Below, piece by piece: positions 36,576 through 45,278 of a stretch of DNA of 64,000 nucleotides (its first letter is position 1; each line of letters begins with the position of its first letter). The position numbers were made by a program, and so were the translations under genes. This DNA comes from a virus: the IMG/VR virus record IMGVR_UViG_3300028590_000011, positions 16,040 to 80,039 of that record; one strand, given 5' to 3'. The notes under the pieces are model-generated. The model did not search any database and had not been told where the DNA came from. It was given only the letters and a program-made list of their open reading frames with translations.

Positions 36576-37370
36576 TCAACGTCCCCGCGAAGCGAGGTAC
36601 TCGTCGTATGCCTGCGGGTTGTCGTCCAGGACATTCACGATGTCCGTGGCACCAGCGGACTTGCCGATCGTCTCCGAGGCGTAGGCGGTCACAGTGTCCA
36701 TGACATCGGCGTTGTCGCCGCCGCCCCGGTAGCCGACCTCCTGGAAGAGAGCCTCACCGGCAGTCTCCAGGCACTTGGCGATGACCGCGCAGTCCTCGTA
36801 GCTCATCGTCTCGGCCATCCGATACAGGACCGGGCCGAGCTCCTCACCGGAGACCGGGAGGTTGTAGCTGTCCGCCTTGGAGATGTACTCGCGGGTCAGG
36901 CGCAGGTCACGCTCGGCCTTGGCAGCCTTGGCGATCTCCTGGGTCTGCTTCTCCAGCTCGTCCACTCGGCCGAGCGCCTTGGAGATGATCTTGTCGCGGT
37001 CCTCGTCGCTGAACGCCTTCGACAGCTCTTCGAGCACCGACTGGGCGAATCCGCCCTTGGGGGCCTGGGTCTGGTCGAAGAAAGCCGACTTACCAACGGT
37101 AGCCAGTTCCTTGTCCTCGACGTTCTCCTCCTCCGTCAGGGTGAACTCGTAAGCGTTCCCCTCGGAGTCGTATACGACCTGGCCGTCCTCCAGGGTCTCC
37201 TGGTCCAGGGCCTTGCCGTTCTCATCGAACAGGTCGATCTCTGCGGGCATGTTGTCCTCCTCAGGAGCCCTCTTAGCGATGGTGATCATTGCGTGCTGAT
37301 TGGCACCCTTGTCGACCAGAGAGATCTCATCGATCTCCATGTTGGTCAGGTTCTTAATCGGCTTCGGCAT
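36576..37370 (-). CDS. scaffolding protein with N-terminal EISLVDKGAN protease-like segment
   Basis: Acidic and helical; upstream of decoration and capsid genes; many [IVL]xK[AS] motifs; start 37370-37379. Confidence 0.75.
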   Translation of the reverse strand: MPKPIKNLTNMEIDEISLVDKGANQHAMITIAKRAPEEDNMPAEIDLFDENGKALDQETLEDGQVVYDSEGNAYEFTLTEEENVEDKELATVGKSAFFDQTQAPKGGFAQSVLEELSKAFSDEDRDKIISKALGRVDELEKQTQEIAKAAKAERDLRLTREYISKADSYNLPVSGEELGPVLYRMAETMSYEDCAVIAKCLETAGEALFQEVGYRGGGDNADVMDTVTAYASETIGKSAGATDIVNVLDDNPQAYDEYLASRGR

Positions 37371-37410
37371 CTCCATCAACCTCTGTTCTTAGTCTCGGGT
37401 GTACGTCTAG

Positions 37411-38184
37411 TCAGTCATGAACGATGCCGAAGGCCGACTCGTTCGAGCTCTTCTTGAAGTTCTGGCGACGGCGCTGGTTGATCTTGTGTTGCTGATAGGT
37501 GTGCTGTCCCTTGGCCCCCGCGCCAACAGCGGCAGCAGTTCCAACGAGAGCGGCTCCACCCACGCCAGCGGCTACGGTCTTCTTGGCCTTCGCTGCGCCA
37601 GAGACGATCTTCCCAGCAGACTTAAGTCGTCCACCGGCCTTCAACCCCATCGTCCTGTTCACGCGGTCAGCGGTCTTCAGGTTGCTACCGAGACGCTTGA
37701 AGGACTTCGAGTCGCTGTTATACGCCGCAGCAGTGACACCAGCACCGAGAGCAGCACCAGCGCCAGCTGCGCGCATCACCTTGCGATCTCTGCGCTGAGT
37801 CTGTTCCCGCTGATCGATCGTCTTCCAGTTCCCGAACTTGGAGATCTCGAAGGGGTCGTTCTTCTTCACGGGAGTCCTCTTCCTCGACTCAGCATTGGTG
37901 TACGCGGCGAAGTTGTAGCCGCCCACACCGCCGATGCCACCAGAGACCACACCGATGTTCTTAGCCTGGTCTCCAATCTTGTTGCCGACAGCCTTGACTT
38001 GGTTGTCGGTCCGTCCGGAGTACTTGGGGATCTTGCGCAACATCCCCGGCTTCTTCTTCAGAGCAGCACCAGCACCCAGTAGTCCCAGACCAGTCAGCCC
38101 CAATGTGGAGGTGGTCTGGGAGATGTGTCCTTGGACCTTCTTGCGGCGCTTGATCTCCGCGTCGCTCATGATCCGGTTAGCCAT
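37411..38184 (-). CDS. basic Gly-rich two-module protein with C-terminal SAFGIVHD tag
   Basis: Translated sequence. Confidence 0.75.
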   Translation of the reverse strand: MANRIMSDAEIKRRKKVQGHISQTTSTLGLTGLGLLGAGAALKKKPGMLRKIPKYSGRTDNQVKAVGNKIGDQAKNIGVVSGGIGGVGGYNFAAYTNAESRKRTPVKKNDPFEISKFGNWKTIDQREQTQRRDRKVMRAAGAGAALGAGVTAAAYNSDSKSFKRLGSNLKTADRVNRTMGLKAGGRLKSAGKIVSGAAKAKKTVAAGVGGAALVGTAAAVGAGAKGQHTYQQHKINQRRRQNFKKSSNESAFGIVHD

Positions 38185-39040
38185 GGTCTACCCCGAACGC
38201 GCTCATGGTGTCCGACTTGGAGATGCCGCGCTTCTTCCGGCTGTGGTGCACCGCAGCAGTCGCGCCAGCAGCCCCCAGGCCCAAGGTGATGGCTCCACCG
38301 GACTTGCCGGTGTGTGTCACGGCGAGCGTCCGCTTCATCTTCCCGCCAGGCAGATCCTTGGGGTAGTTGCGGAAGAACTGCCGGAACCGAGGATCGCCAG
38401 CGGTCATCCCCTTCGGGCGGTACTTGTCCTCATGCGCCTTCATCTTCTTGCGCATCCCAGGGTTCGACTTGATCTTCTTCTCGTTCTTCCAGTCGAGGGG
38501 CTTGGTAGCCATCACCCCACCCTGGTATCCGAGCATGGCTCCAGCACCACCGGCGTACGCAGCCGTGGTGTCCTTGCGGTCCATCGCCTTGCCGAACTTC
38601 TCGTTCTTCTTCGCCTGGTGCATGGCACCGGCGTACGACAGTGGCAGGCCCACGCCTACAGCGCCCAGCCAGAGTTTCGACTGCTTGGGGTAGACCTTCG
38701 GCTTGATCGCCCTGCGCGCGACCTTCAGATCGTTCAACTTGCGGTACCCAGCCTTGCGCTCAGCGCGGAGTGCTTCCTTCGCAGCGGGCTTGTGCCGGTT
38801 CAGGGTCGAGTCACCCTTGCGGTTCTCCTGCTGCCACGAGCCCCGAGCAGGTCGCTTCGGGATGGCTGCCTCAGCACGGGCGATCTTCTTGTCCGCAACG
38901 TTCTGTCGTACCGCGATGGTCTTGCGCTCGACCCGAGAGACAGCAGGAACACCCAGCGCCATCGCGCCGCCACCCACAGCAACAGCAGCGCCACCGTGGG
39001 TCTTCTTGTCCTTCTGCTTCCGGAACTCCTCGAAGTCCAT
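38177..39040 (-). CDS. basic Gly-rich two-module protein with C-terminal SAFGVDHG tag
   Basis: Start MDFEEFRK at 39040 with GGAG RBS. Confidence 0.75.
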   Translation of the reverse strand: MDFEEFRKQKDKKTHGGAAVAVGGGAMALGVPAVSRVERKTIAVRQNVADKKIARAEAAIPKRPARGSWQQENRKGDSTLNRHKPAAKEALRAERKAGYRKLNDLKVARRAIKPKVYPKQSKLWLGAVGVGLPLSYAGAMHQAKKNEKFGKAMDRKDTTAAYAGGAGAMLGYQGGVMATKPLDWKNEKKIKSNPGMRKKMKAHEDKYRPKGMTAGDPRFRQFFRNYPKDLPGGKMKRTLAVTHTGKSGGAITLGLGAAGATAAVHHSRKKRGISKSDTMSAFGVDHG

Positions 39041-39041
39041 G

Positions 39042-40007
39042 TCACTCTCCCATCGGTGTACGCATCCCGCGCCCGTGGATGGAGAAGCCGGTGCGCTCAC
39101 CGTTCTTCACCTTGCTCCACAGTTCGGGGTCGTTGATCTGGTAGCCAACCCACCAGCCAACCGGCATCTCCTCAGGGAGACCCAGCGCCTTCTTCTTCTC
39201 CGGGGTCACTACAAAGGACTCGATCATGTCCGACTTGTGCACCGGAGCATCACCGTCGCGTAGGTGCATGTCGCCACCCTTGCGGGACTTGTGCACGTAC
39301 TCGTACGCGGACTTCTCTACCTCGCTGATGGAGATGTAGTCGCCCTGGAGATCGACCACTGGCTCGCCGTTCATCTCCACGATGGAGGCCCAGCCGAAGA
39401 CCTGCTGCTTGTCGGAGTCGACCTTGGAGATCTCACCCTCCCAGCGCACGTCGAACTCATCAGCCTTCTTGGAGACCTGGGACTTCAGCCGGATCATCCC
39501 CTGCTTCGTCCCGCACTTGACCTTGGTCTCGACATGGTTCCCAGCCTTGGTGAGCACCTTGCGCTTCAGGGCACCGGTGGAGATGTGCAACTCCGACTGA
39601 TCCGGGCTGGCCTTGTGGACCCTGGCCTTCTTGGGCTTGCTCGATGCAGAACGTGCGAGCACGCGGTTGGCGACAGCGTCTCCGGCGATGTTAGCCACCT
39701 GGAGACCGAGAGCGCCACCAGCCAGCGCTGCGCCCGTCTTACCAGCCTTGGACGAGATCGGCTTCGGGATCTTCTGACCCGTCGCGTAGATCTTCCGAGA
39801 GAGCTTCCCGCCCTCCTTGAACCGGTCGTCGCGCAGAGCGGCAGCAGTACCAGCCACACCCGCACCGAGGCCAACGATGTTCGAGGCGAGACCCACCTGG
39901 GCCTGTCGCTTCTCGCGCTTGGCCTGAGCGTCCATCTTGGCCACAAGGTCGTCAGCGCCGCCTCCATACAGAAGGTTCGCTACCTCACGGAACGCATCAG
40001 TGCTCAT
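39042..40007 (-). CDS. capsid maturation protease (XkdF-like serine protease) with N-terminal basic Gly-rich module
   Basis: QQVFGWA...DLQGD.I...E.EK.AY...DMH...IES...P.GWWVG......W..VK.GE.TGFSIHG; likely start 40007. Confidence 0.85.
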   Translation of the reverse strand: MSTDAFREVANLLYGGGADDLVAKMDAQAKREKRQAQVGLASNIVGLGAGVAGTAAALRDDRFKEGGKLSRKIYATGQKIPKPISSKAGKTGAALAGGALGLQVANIAGDAVANRVLARSASSKPKKARVHKASPDQSELHISTGALKRKVLTKAGNHVETKVKCGTKQGMIRLKSQVSKKADEFDVRWEGEISKVDSDKQQVFGWASIVEMNGEPVVDLQGDYISISEVEKSAYEYVHKSRKGGDMHLRDGDAPVHKSDMIESFVVTPEKKKALGLPEEMPVGWWVGYQINDPELWSKVKNGERTGFSIHGRGMRTPMGE

Positions 40008-40029
40008 GTTCCTATCGTCCTTCCCTGCG

Positions 40030-42012
40030 CTACTCATCGTGATCACCGAACTCCTCCATCTCCACGTCCGGGAGTGCATCGAACACCGGGAAGAAGAACC
40101 GGTTGTTCGCGGTGCCTACGCGCTGCTTGGTGTCTTCCAGTACGTAGTCGCCTTCGGTGACCCAACTCTCCAGCCCGTTCCGAGTCGGAGCATCAGCCTG
40201 GTAGGTCCTACCCAGCGAGGAGTCATGACCCTCGTCCAAGCGCAGGACCATGAAGGTCAGGTTGTCTGGGTTGACCCCCCACTCCCGAGCCAGTTCGCCG
40301 TAGGTGATCTGGTCAGGCATCTTGTAGTCAGGAACTCCACCTTCAGTGGTGTACCAGTCCAGGTTGATCTTGGTGTTCTCGCCAGTCCAGTCCGGGTCGC
40401 CGTTGGCGTTCCCAGAAGCGATGGCTTCTACCAGAGCGAAGATGTCATCATCCTCGATGAAGGCGTGGTACTTGTTGCCGTCCTCGCCGTACATCTCGAC
40501 CATGCCGCCCGTGTGGTCCTTGATGGACTCGTACTCGTCCATGATCGCCTCATCGAGGCGCTGCACTGCTCGCTCTGCGATCAGCACCTCGTCCGGGCTC
40601 CACACTATGCTGCTGTTGGCGTTCAGGTAGTCGTTGTAGGTGCTCAACTCATGCGGCGTGACGACTGTGTACACGGGGTACTGCTTGCCGTTCTCAGACT
40701 GGATCTTGACCGTAGGCGAGTAGAAGACTCGGTTCCTCGGCTTCTCCAGCGCCTTCAGTCGAACCAGGTCACGGGCCACATCCTCGGTCAGCGCCAGCTT
40801 CTGGAGCGGAGGCATCCCCAATCGGGTCTTGGTCTGCTCCTCGCGACCGAGTGAGACCTTCTCCGCAGTCTTATCGCTCAGCGAGACATGTTCGATCGGA
40901 GTCAGACGGACCTTTCGCTGAGGAGACAGACGAACTTTGCGATCCTCAGAGAGCCGTACCTTCTGCTCCGGCTCCAGCCTGACCTTCTCCTGCTCTCGGA
41001 TCACCGGCTCAGCGTCGCGCACGCGCTGCGCTTCTCCTACCAGGTTGTCCAGGAAGGCCGAAGGCTTGTCCTGGGTCTTGACCGCGAACCGTCCGTCCGA
41101 GGTGCGCTTGTACTCGTCGTCGTACCAGCGATCCGCCTTGGAGACGATCGGGTCTACAACCTTCACCTCGCACCGGCAGTTGGGGTGAACACCGGGAACC
41201 CACATCTCGATCTTGTTGGGCAGCACGAAGCGCTCGCTGACGCCCACTCGCTTGCCGTGCATCGGGCCGCAGATGGCGCAGGTCTTCTCGTCCTTGGCCG
41301 TCAGCCAGACCTTCTCGGCCTCAGCTGAGAGAGCCCCGTGATCCTGCATCCAGAGCCACGCCGTCTGCTTCGCCTGGAGGTCGAGGTTGTGAACCTCCTG
41401 CTTAGCGAACACCTTCAGGCGGCTCCTGATGGAGCGACCGATGTACTCCCTGACCATCTGCTTGGCAGACATAGGCTGCGCGCTGGTGATCTTCTTCTTC
41501 ACGTCCAACGCAACGTAGCCACTCATCTGGCGAGGAGTGAGCCCGTACGCGTCCAGCGCCCGGTCCGCAGCAACGCGGACAGGAAGCTGACGATTGACGA
41601 AGGAGTTGAACCCCTGGAGCAGCGCGTCCTTGGAGGTGGCATCGAAGTACTCACCGATCCGGCGAGTGTGCTGCTCAGCCAGTGCGTAGATAGTCGTCAT
41701 TGGCACATCGCCAGCGCCAGCAGCGCGGTACGCGCGCACGTACGCCTCAGCAGCAGCCGGACCGAGGATCGCGTTCTTCCGACCCAGGAACAGAGCCGAA
41801 GCCTGGTCCAGGAGAGCCACCAGTCGAGATCCAGTGATCTCTGGCTCCTTGGCGATCTGCTCCTTGATGTAGTTGATGACCAGCAACCGGTGCGACATCA
41901 GTGCCGAGTGGATCATCTCCTCCAGGCTGCCGAGGTGCTTCTCGTCTGCACGCTTCAGAGCCCCCACCGCAAGGTCAGGGGCTAGAAGCTCTACATAGGG
42001 AGCAGTGGTCAC
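40030..42012 (-). CDS. MuF-like minor head protein with long C-terminal extension
   Basis: KVWLTAKDEKTCAICGPMHG...HPNCRC. Confidence 0.85.
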   Translation of the reverse strand: MTTAPYVELLAPDLAVGALKRADEKHLGSLEEMIHSALMSHRLLVINYIKEQIAKEPEITGSRLVALLDQASALFLGRKNAILGPAAAEAYVRAYRAAGAGDVPMTTIYALAEQHTRRIGEYFDATSKDALLQGFNSFVNRQLPVRVAADRALDAYGLTPRQMSGYVALDVKKKITSAQPMSAKQMVREYIGRSIRSRLKVFAKQEVHNLDLQAKQTAWLWMQDHGALSAEAEKVWLTAKDEKTCAICGPMHGKRVGVSERFVLPNKIEMWVPGVHPNCRCEVKVVDPIVSKADRWYDDEYKRTSDGRFAVKTQDKPSAFLDNLVGEAQRVRDAEPVIREQEKVRLEPEQKVRLSEDRKVRLSPQRKVRLTPIEHVSLSDKTAEKVSLGREEQTKTRLGMPPLQKLALTEDVARDLVRLKALEKPRNRVFYSPTVKIQSENGKQYPVYTVVTPHELSTYNDYLNANSSIVWSPDEVLIAERAVQRLDEAIMDEYESIKDHTGGMVEMYGEDGNKYHAFIEDDDIFALVEAIASGNANGDPDWTGENTKINLDWYTTEGGVPDYKMPDQITYGELAREWGVNPDNLTFMVLRLDEGHDSSLGRTYQADAPTRNGLESWVTEGDYVLEDTKQRVGTANNRFFFPVFDALPDVEMEEFGDHDE

Positions 42013-45000
42013 TGGGACTTCCGCTTGTCGGCGTACATCTCCATGGTGAGCCTCTCGGCTTCCTTGACAGTGTCAGCCCCGCCGAACACACCGCCACGGA
42101 GGTCTTCCACATCCTCATGCGACTTCACTCGCTGCCGCTCATCGTGCAGAGCCTGAGCGGCGATGTAGAGAGTGTCAGCAGCGTTGTCGTTACCCAAGTC
42201 GGCGTAATACTGAGCAGCCTTCTCGAACTCGCTGATGAGCGTCGACACTCGACCCTGGGGCCGGAGCTTCTCCTCAGCGGTCACAGGAGCGTTTCGGATG
42301 ACGATGTCTCCCGACTCCTGGCGCATGGTCCCCTCAGGGCCCTGTCCGTCCTTCAGCGCGCGCATCCGGTGCACCGTCTCCAGTTGCGCGGTGATCTGCT
42401 TCGGGTCAGAGACCAGTCGGGTCACGACCGGCGAGTTACGCACGACCTGGAGATCACGAAGCAGTTCCACACGGTCCATCGCAGGCAGGTCGTCCGGACC
42501 CTGACCGAGGAAGGTACGCATCTCCTTCAGGACGTTGTACTCGTCCTTCAGCTCAGCCTCGTTCATCTCAGAGAGTGGCTTGTCGTGCCGTACGCCACCC
42601 GAGTCGATCTTCTTCATCTCGGCCATCCGAGCGCTCAGATCAGCACCGGTCTCGTAGGCAGCACCAGAGAAGGCGAAGGGCTTGTCGCCCCAGACCCCAG
42701 CCACATCAGCGCCGTACTCCTTGCGACCGACATGACCAGCAGCCACCTTGTACGCTGCACCAGCCTCACCGAGCCTGACGTTGGCGCTAACTGCGCGCGA
42801 CACCAGCGAGTCGAACTTGGCCTGGTTCTCCGGCTGGGCCAGCTCCTCCGGGGTGAGGTTGAGAAGCTTGGCCTCTTCCTCGTTCGGCTCGATCCGGTCC
42901 TTCAGCACAGCCTGCACAGAGACCGCAGCCTCCGCGTAGTTCTGCGCCGCACGGCGCTCAGCCACCACGCTCTTGACCGACTTCTTCTGCTCACCGGTGG
43001 GGTTGAGCTGGAAGTTCTTCGCATCGAAGGGAGCAGGGCCATCCGGTGAGGGAGCGCCCCGTCGCGGACCACCGCTACCCCGACCACCCTGGTAGTCGGC
43101 CTCAGATGCCGAGAACTTCCCACCAACCATGGTGGGGTTGCGCTTGGCGTTACCGAACAGACCAGCGGCTGCGTAGGTCGGGCGGTTGCGTCCCGGCTCC
43201 ACGTAACCACGGTCGAGCGAGGTCTCCATGCGGTCCATGTGACGACGCGGGACAGCGTTGGCGTCCTTGATGTAGTACGGGAACTGCTCCTGGAGCGCGA
43301 TGAGGGCAGCCTTGTAACCCTCGCCGTTCAGCCGGTACTTGTACTCCTTCTCGGCGGCGAGTTCGTTCATCACGTCGCCCATGAAGTCGTCCGCGTCCTT
43401 GCCCTGCGAGCCCTGAGCGCGCTGAGTAGCGATGAACCGGGCCAGCCGCTCGTCGTGGTCGCTCAGTTCCGGAGACGACTTGAACTCGTCCACGCGGCGG
43501 TTGATCTCGGTCTGGATGTCCTTACGCGGGGCGTACCCGCCCATCTCCTCCATGACCTCGGTCTTGATCGCCTCGCGGATCTCCGGGTTGAGAGACATCC
43601 GATCGACCTGCTCCGACTGCACTGCGTCGAGGAGCTGCTCATAGCGCCGAGTCATCCGGCGAGCTTTGTCGTTGTAGCGACGACCACCGGTGAAGTCCTG
43701 CTCGAACTCCATGGTGAAGACACCCGAACGAGAGACCACCGTGACCTGGCGAGCACCAGACATGAGACCGGTGTAGACATCCTCGGAGGTGAGGCCACCG
43801 ACAGAGCGGTTGCGGATGTACTCCCCGCCCTTCAGACCCTTCAACTTGCGGAGGTTGAAGGGCAGATAGTGGTCGTCTCCATAGCCCACGGCCTGGTCTA
43901 CGACCTTGCCGTCCTTGTCGATGATCACGCCCTCAGACGGAGGGGTGTTGCCCGAAGCGAGCTGGAGGTCGTAGAGCTTCTGGCTCGGAATCCTCCGCGA
44001 CAGGTACTCGACCGCCACCGCCCGACCGTTGGCTCGCTCCTCCCAGGTAGGAGCGCGTCGCTCAGCCGAGATGCGGGCAGCAGCCATCTGCACCGGCGAG
44101 AGTTCCTGCGGGCGCTTCAGGTTGGCCTTCTTACCCTCCGGGGTGTTCCGGTACGGGTCGTTGGCAGTGGCCAACTTCGCATCGCGCATGGCGCGGTCCA
44201 CAGCACCGACGACCACCTTGTCCGGGGTCTTGGAGGTGCCCCGGTAGCGGTAGGCGGTCTTACGCGCCGAAGGGCCGAAGACAGCCTCAGCCTCCGAGCC
44301 ATGGTCACCGACGAACTGAGCCATCCGCGCTGCGAGCTGAACCTTGGACCCAGCCGGAGCGATCTCGCCGACGATCTTGGAGCCAGCGGACAGTCGTCCG
44401 TACAGACGCGCGTTCGAGTCCCGGCCGTCTACCTGCTGGTTCCAGTCCTGCTCGAAGGATCCGAAACCGGAGTCGACAGCGTTGATGCCGCGCATGGTCT
44501 CGTAGCGCTGCTTGGAGCCGTCCGCGCCCAGAGAAGTAGACAGACCGAAGTACGCCCCACCAGCGGTGAGCGCGTTCGGACGCGCATCCAGACCCACCAG
44601 GTCCTCGTGCTTGGGGTCCCACATCTTCGGGTCCGGTCGCGTCGAGGAGGTAGTGACGGTGTACACCTGGCCGTTGTGCTTGTTCCGGATGTGGGCGATC
44701 ACGTCGCTGTCGCCGGGGTTGCGAGAGGACGCGTGAACGGCCCCGAGGAAGTTGGTCAGCTGCCGGTACTGGTCCTGGTAGGCAGCAGCACGACGCGGCG
44801 GGAGACCCTCGACATCCTTGCCATGCGGGAGCCCCATCGACTCAGCCGTACGCCCCTTGATGGGCTTCACCTGAGAAGTGGTCACCTTGGCCCGGAACCG
44901 ACCAGTGCCGGGGTCACGGCTGAAGTCGGACTCCTTGAACCGGTAGCCGTAGTCGTACGGGGTCGCCTTGGAGATCTCCGAGAGAGCCTTGGCGAACTCC

Positions 45001-45278
45001 ACAGCGCCGTCCGTGTCCTTGGCAGCAGCACGCATCGTGGCGCGCTTCAGCACCTCCACGCGCTTGGAGATGACCTTGTTCAGGTGACGCTGGAGAACGG
45101 GCAGATTCTTCTCGATCGTCTCTTCGACCATGTCGTTGGCGACGTGGTAGCAGAACTCGCGAGCCTCTTCCTCGTCCATCTTCATGATGAGGTCGTAGAC
45201 CTTCTGGGCAGCCTTGTAGTTGAAGTCCGGGTTGTCGGACTTGAAGATCGAACCGCGCTCGATCGGCGTGAGAGTCAC
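42009..45278 (-). CDS. large head-associated protein (1089 aa) with degenerate JAB-like domain
   Basis: Between portal and MuF; RDPGTGRF motif; JAB-like segment. Confidence 0.7.
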   Translation of the reverse strand: MTLTPIERGSIFKSDNPDFNYKAAQKVYDLIMKMDEEEAREFCYHVANDMVEETIEKNLPVLQRHLNKVISKRVEVLKRATMRAAAKDTDGAVEFAKALSEISKATPYDYGYRFKESDFSRDPGTGRFRAKVTTSQVKPIKGRTAESMGLPHGKDVEGLPPRRAAAYQDQYRQLTNFLGAVHASSRNPGDSDVIAHIRNKHNGQVYTVTTSSTRPDPKMWDPKHEDLVGLDARPNALTAGGAYFGLSTSLGADGSKQRYETMRGINAVDSGFGSFEQDWNQQVDGRDSNARLYGRLSAGSKIVGEIAPAGSKVQLAARMAQFVGDHGSEAEAVFGPSARKTAYRYRGTSKTPDKVVVGAVDRAMRDAKLATANDPYRNTPEGKKANLKRPQELSPVQMAAARISAERRAPTWEERANGRAVAVEYLSRRIPSQKLYDLQLASGNTPPSEGVIIDKDGKVVDQAVGYGDDHYLPFNLRKLKGLKGGEYIRNRSVGGLTSEDVYTGLMSGARQVTVVSRSGVFTMEFEQDFTGGRRYNDKARRMTRRYEQLLDAVQSEQVDRMSLNPEIREAIKTEVMEEMGGYAPRKDIQTEINRRVDEFKSSPELSDHDERLARFIATQRAQGSQGKDADDFMGDVMNELAAEKEYKYRLNGEGYKAALIALQEQFPYYIKDANAVPRRHMDRMETSLDRGYVEPGRNRPTYAAAGLFGNAKRNPTMVGGKFSASEADYQGGRGSGGPRRGAPSPDGPAPFDAKNFQLNPTGEQKKSVKSVVAERRAAQNYAEAAVSVQAVLKDRIEPNEEEAKLLNLTPEELAQPENQAKFDSLVSRAVSANVRLGEAGAAYKVAAGHVGRKEYGADVAGVWGDKPFAFSGAAYETGADLSARMAEMKKIDSGGVRHDKPLSEMNEAELKDEYNVLKEMRTFLGQGPDDLPAMDRVELLRDLQVVRNSPVVTRLVSDPKQITAQLETVHRMRALKDGQGPEGTMRQESGDIVIRNAPVTAEEKLRPQGRVSTLISEFEKAAQYYADLGNDNAADTLYIAAQALHDERQRVKSHEDVEDLRGGVFGGADTVKEAERLTMEMYADKRKSQ

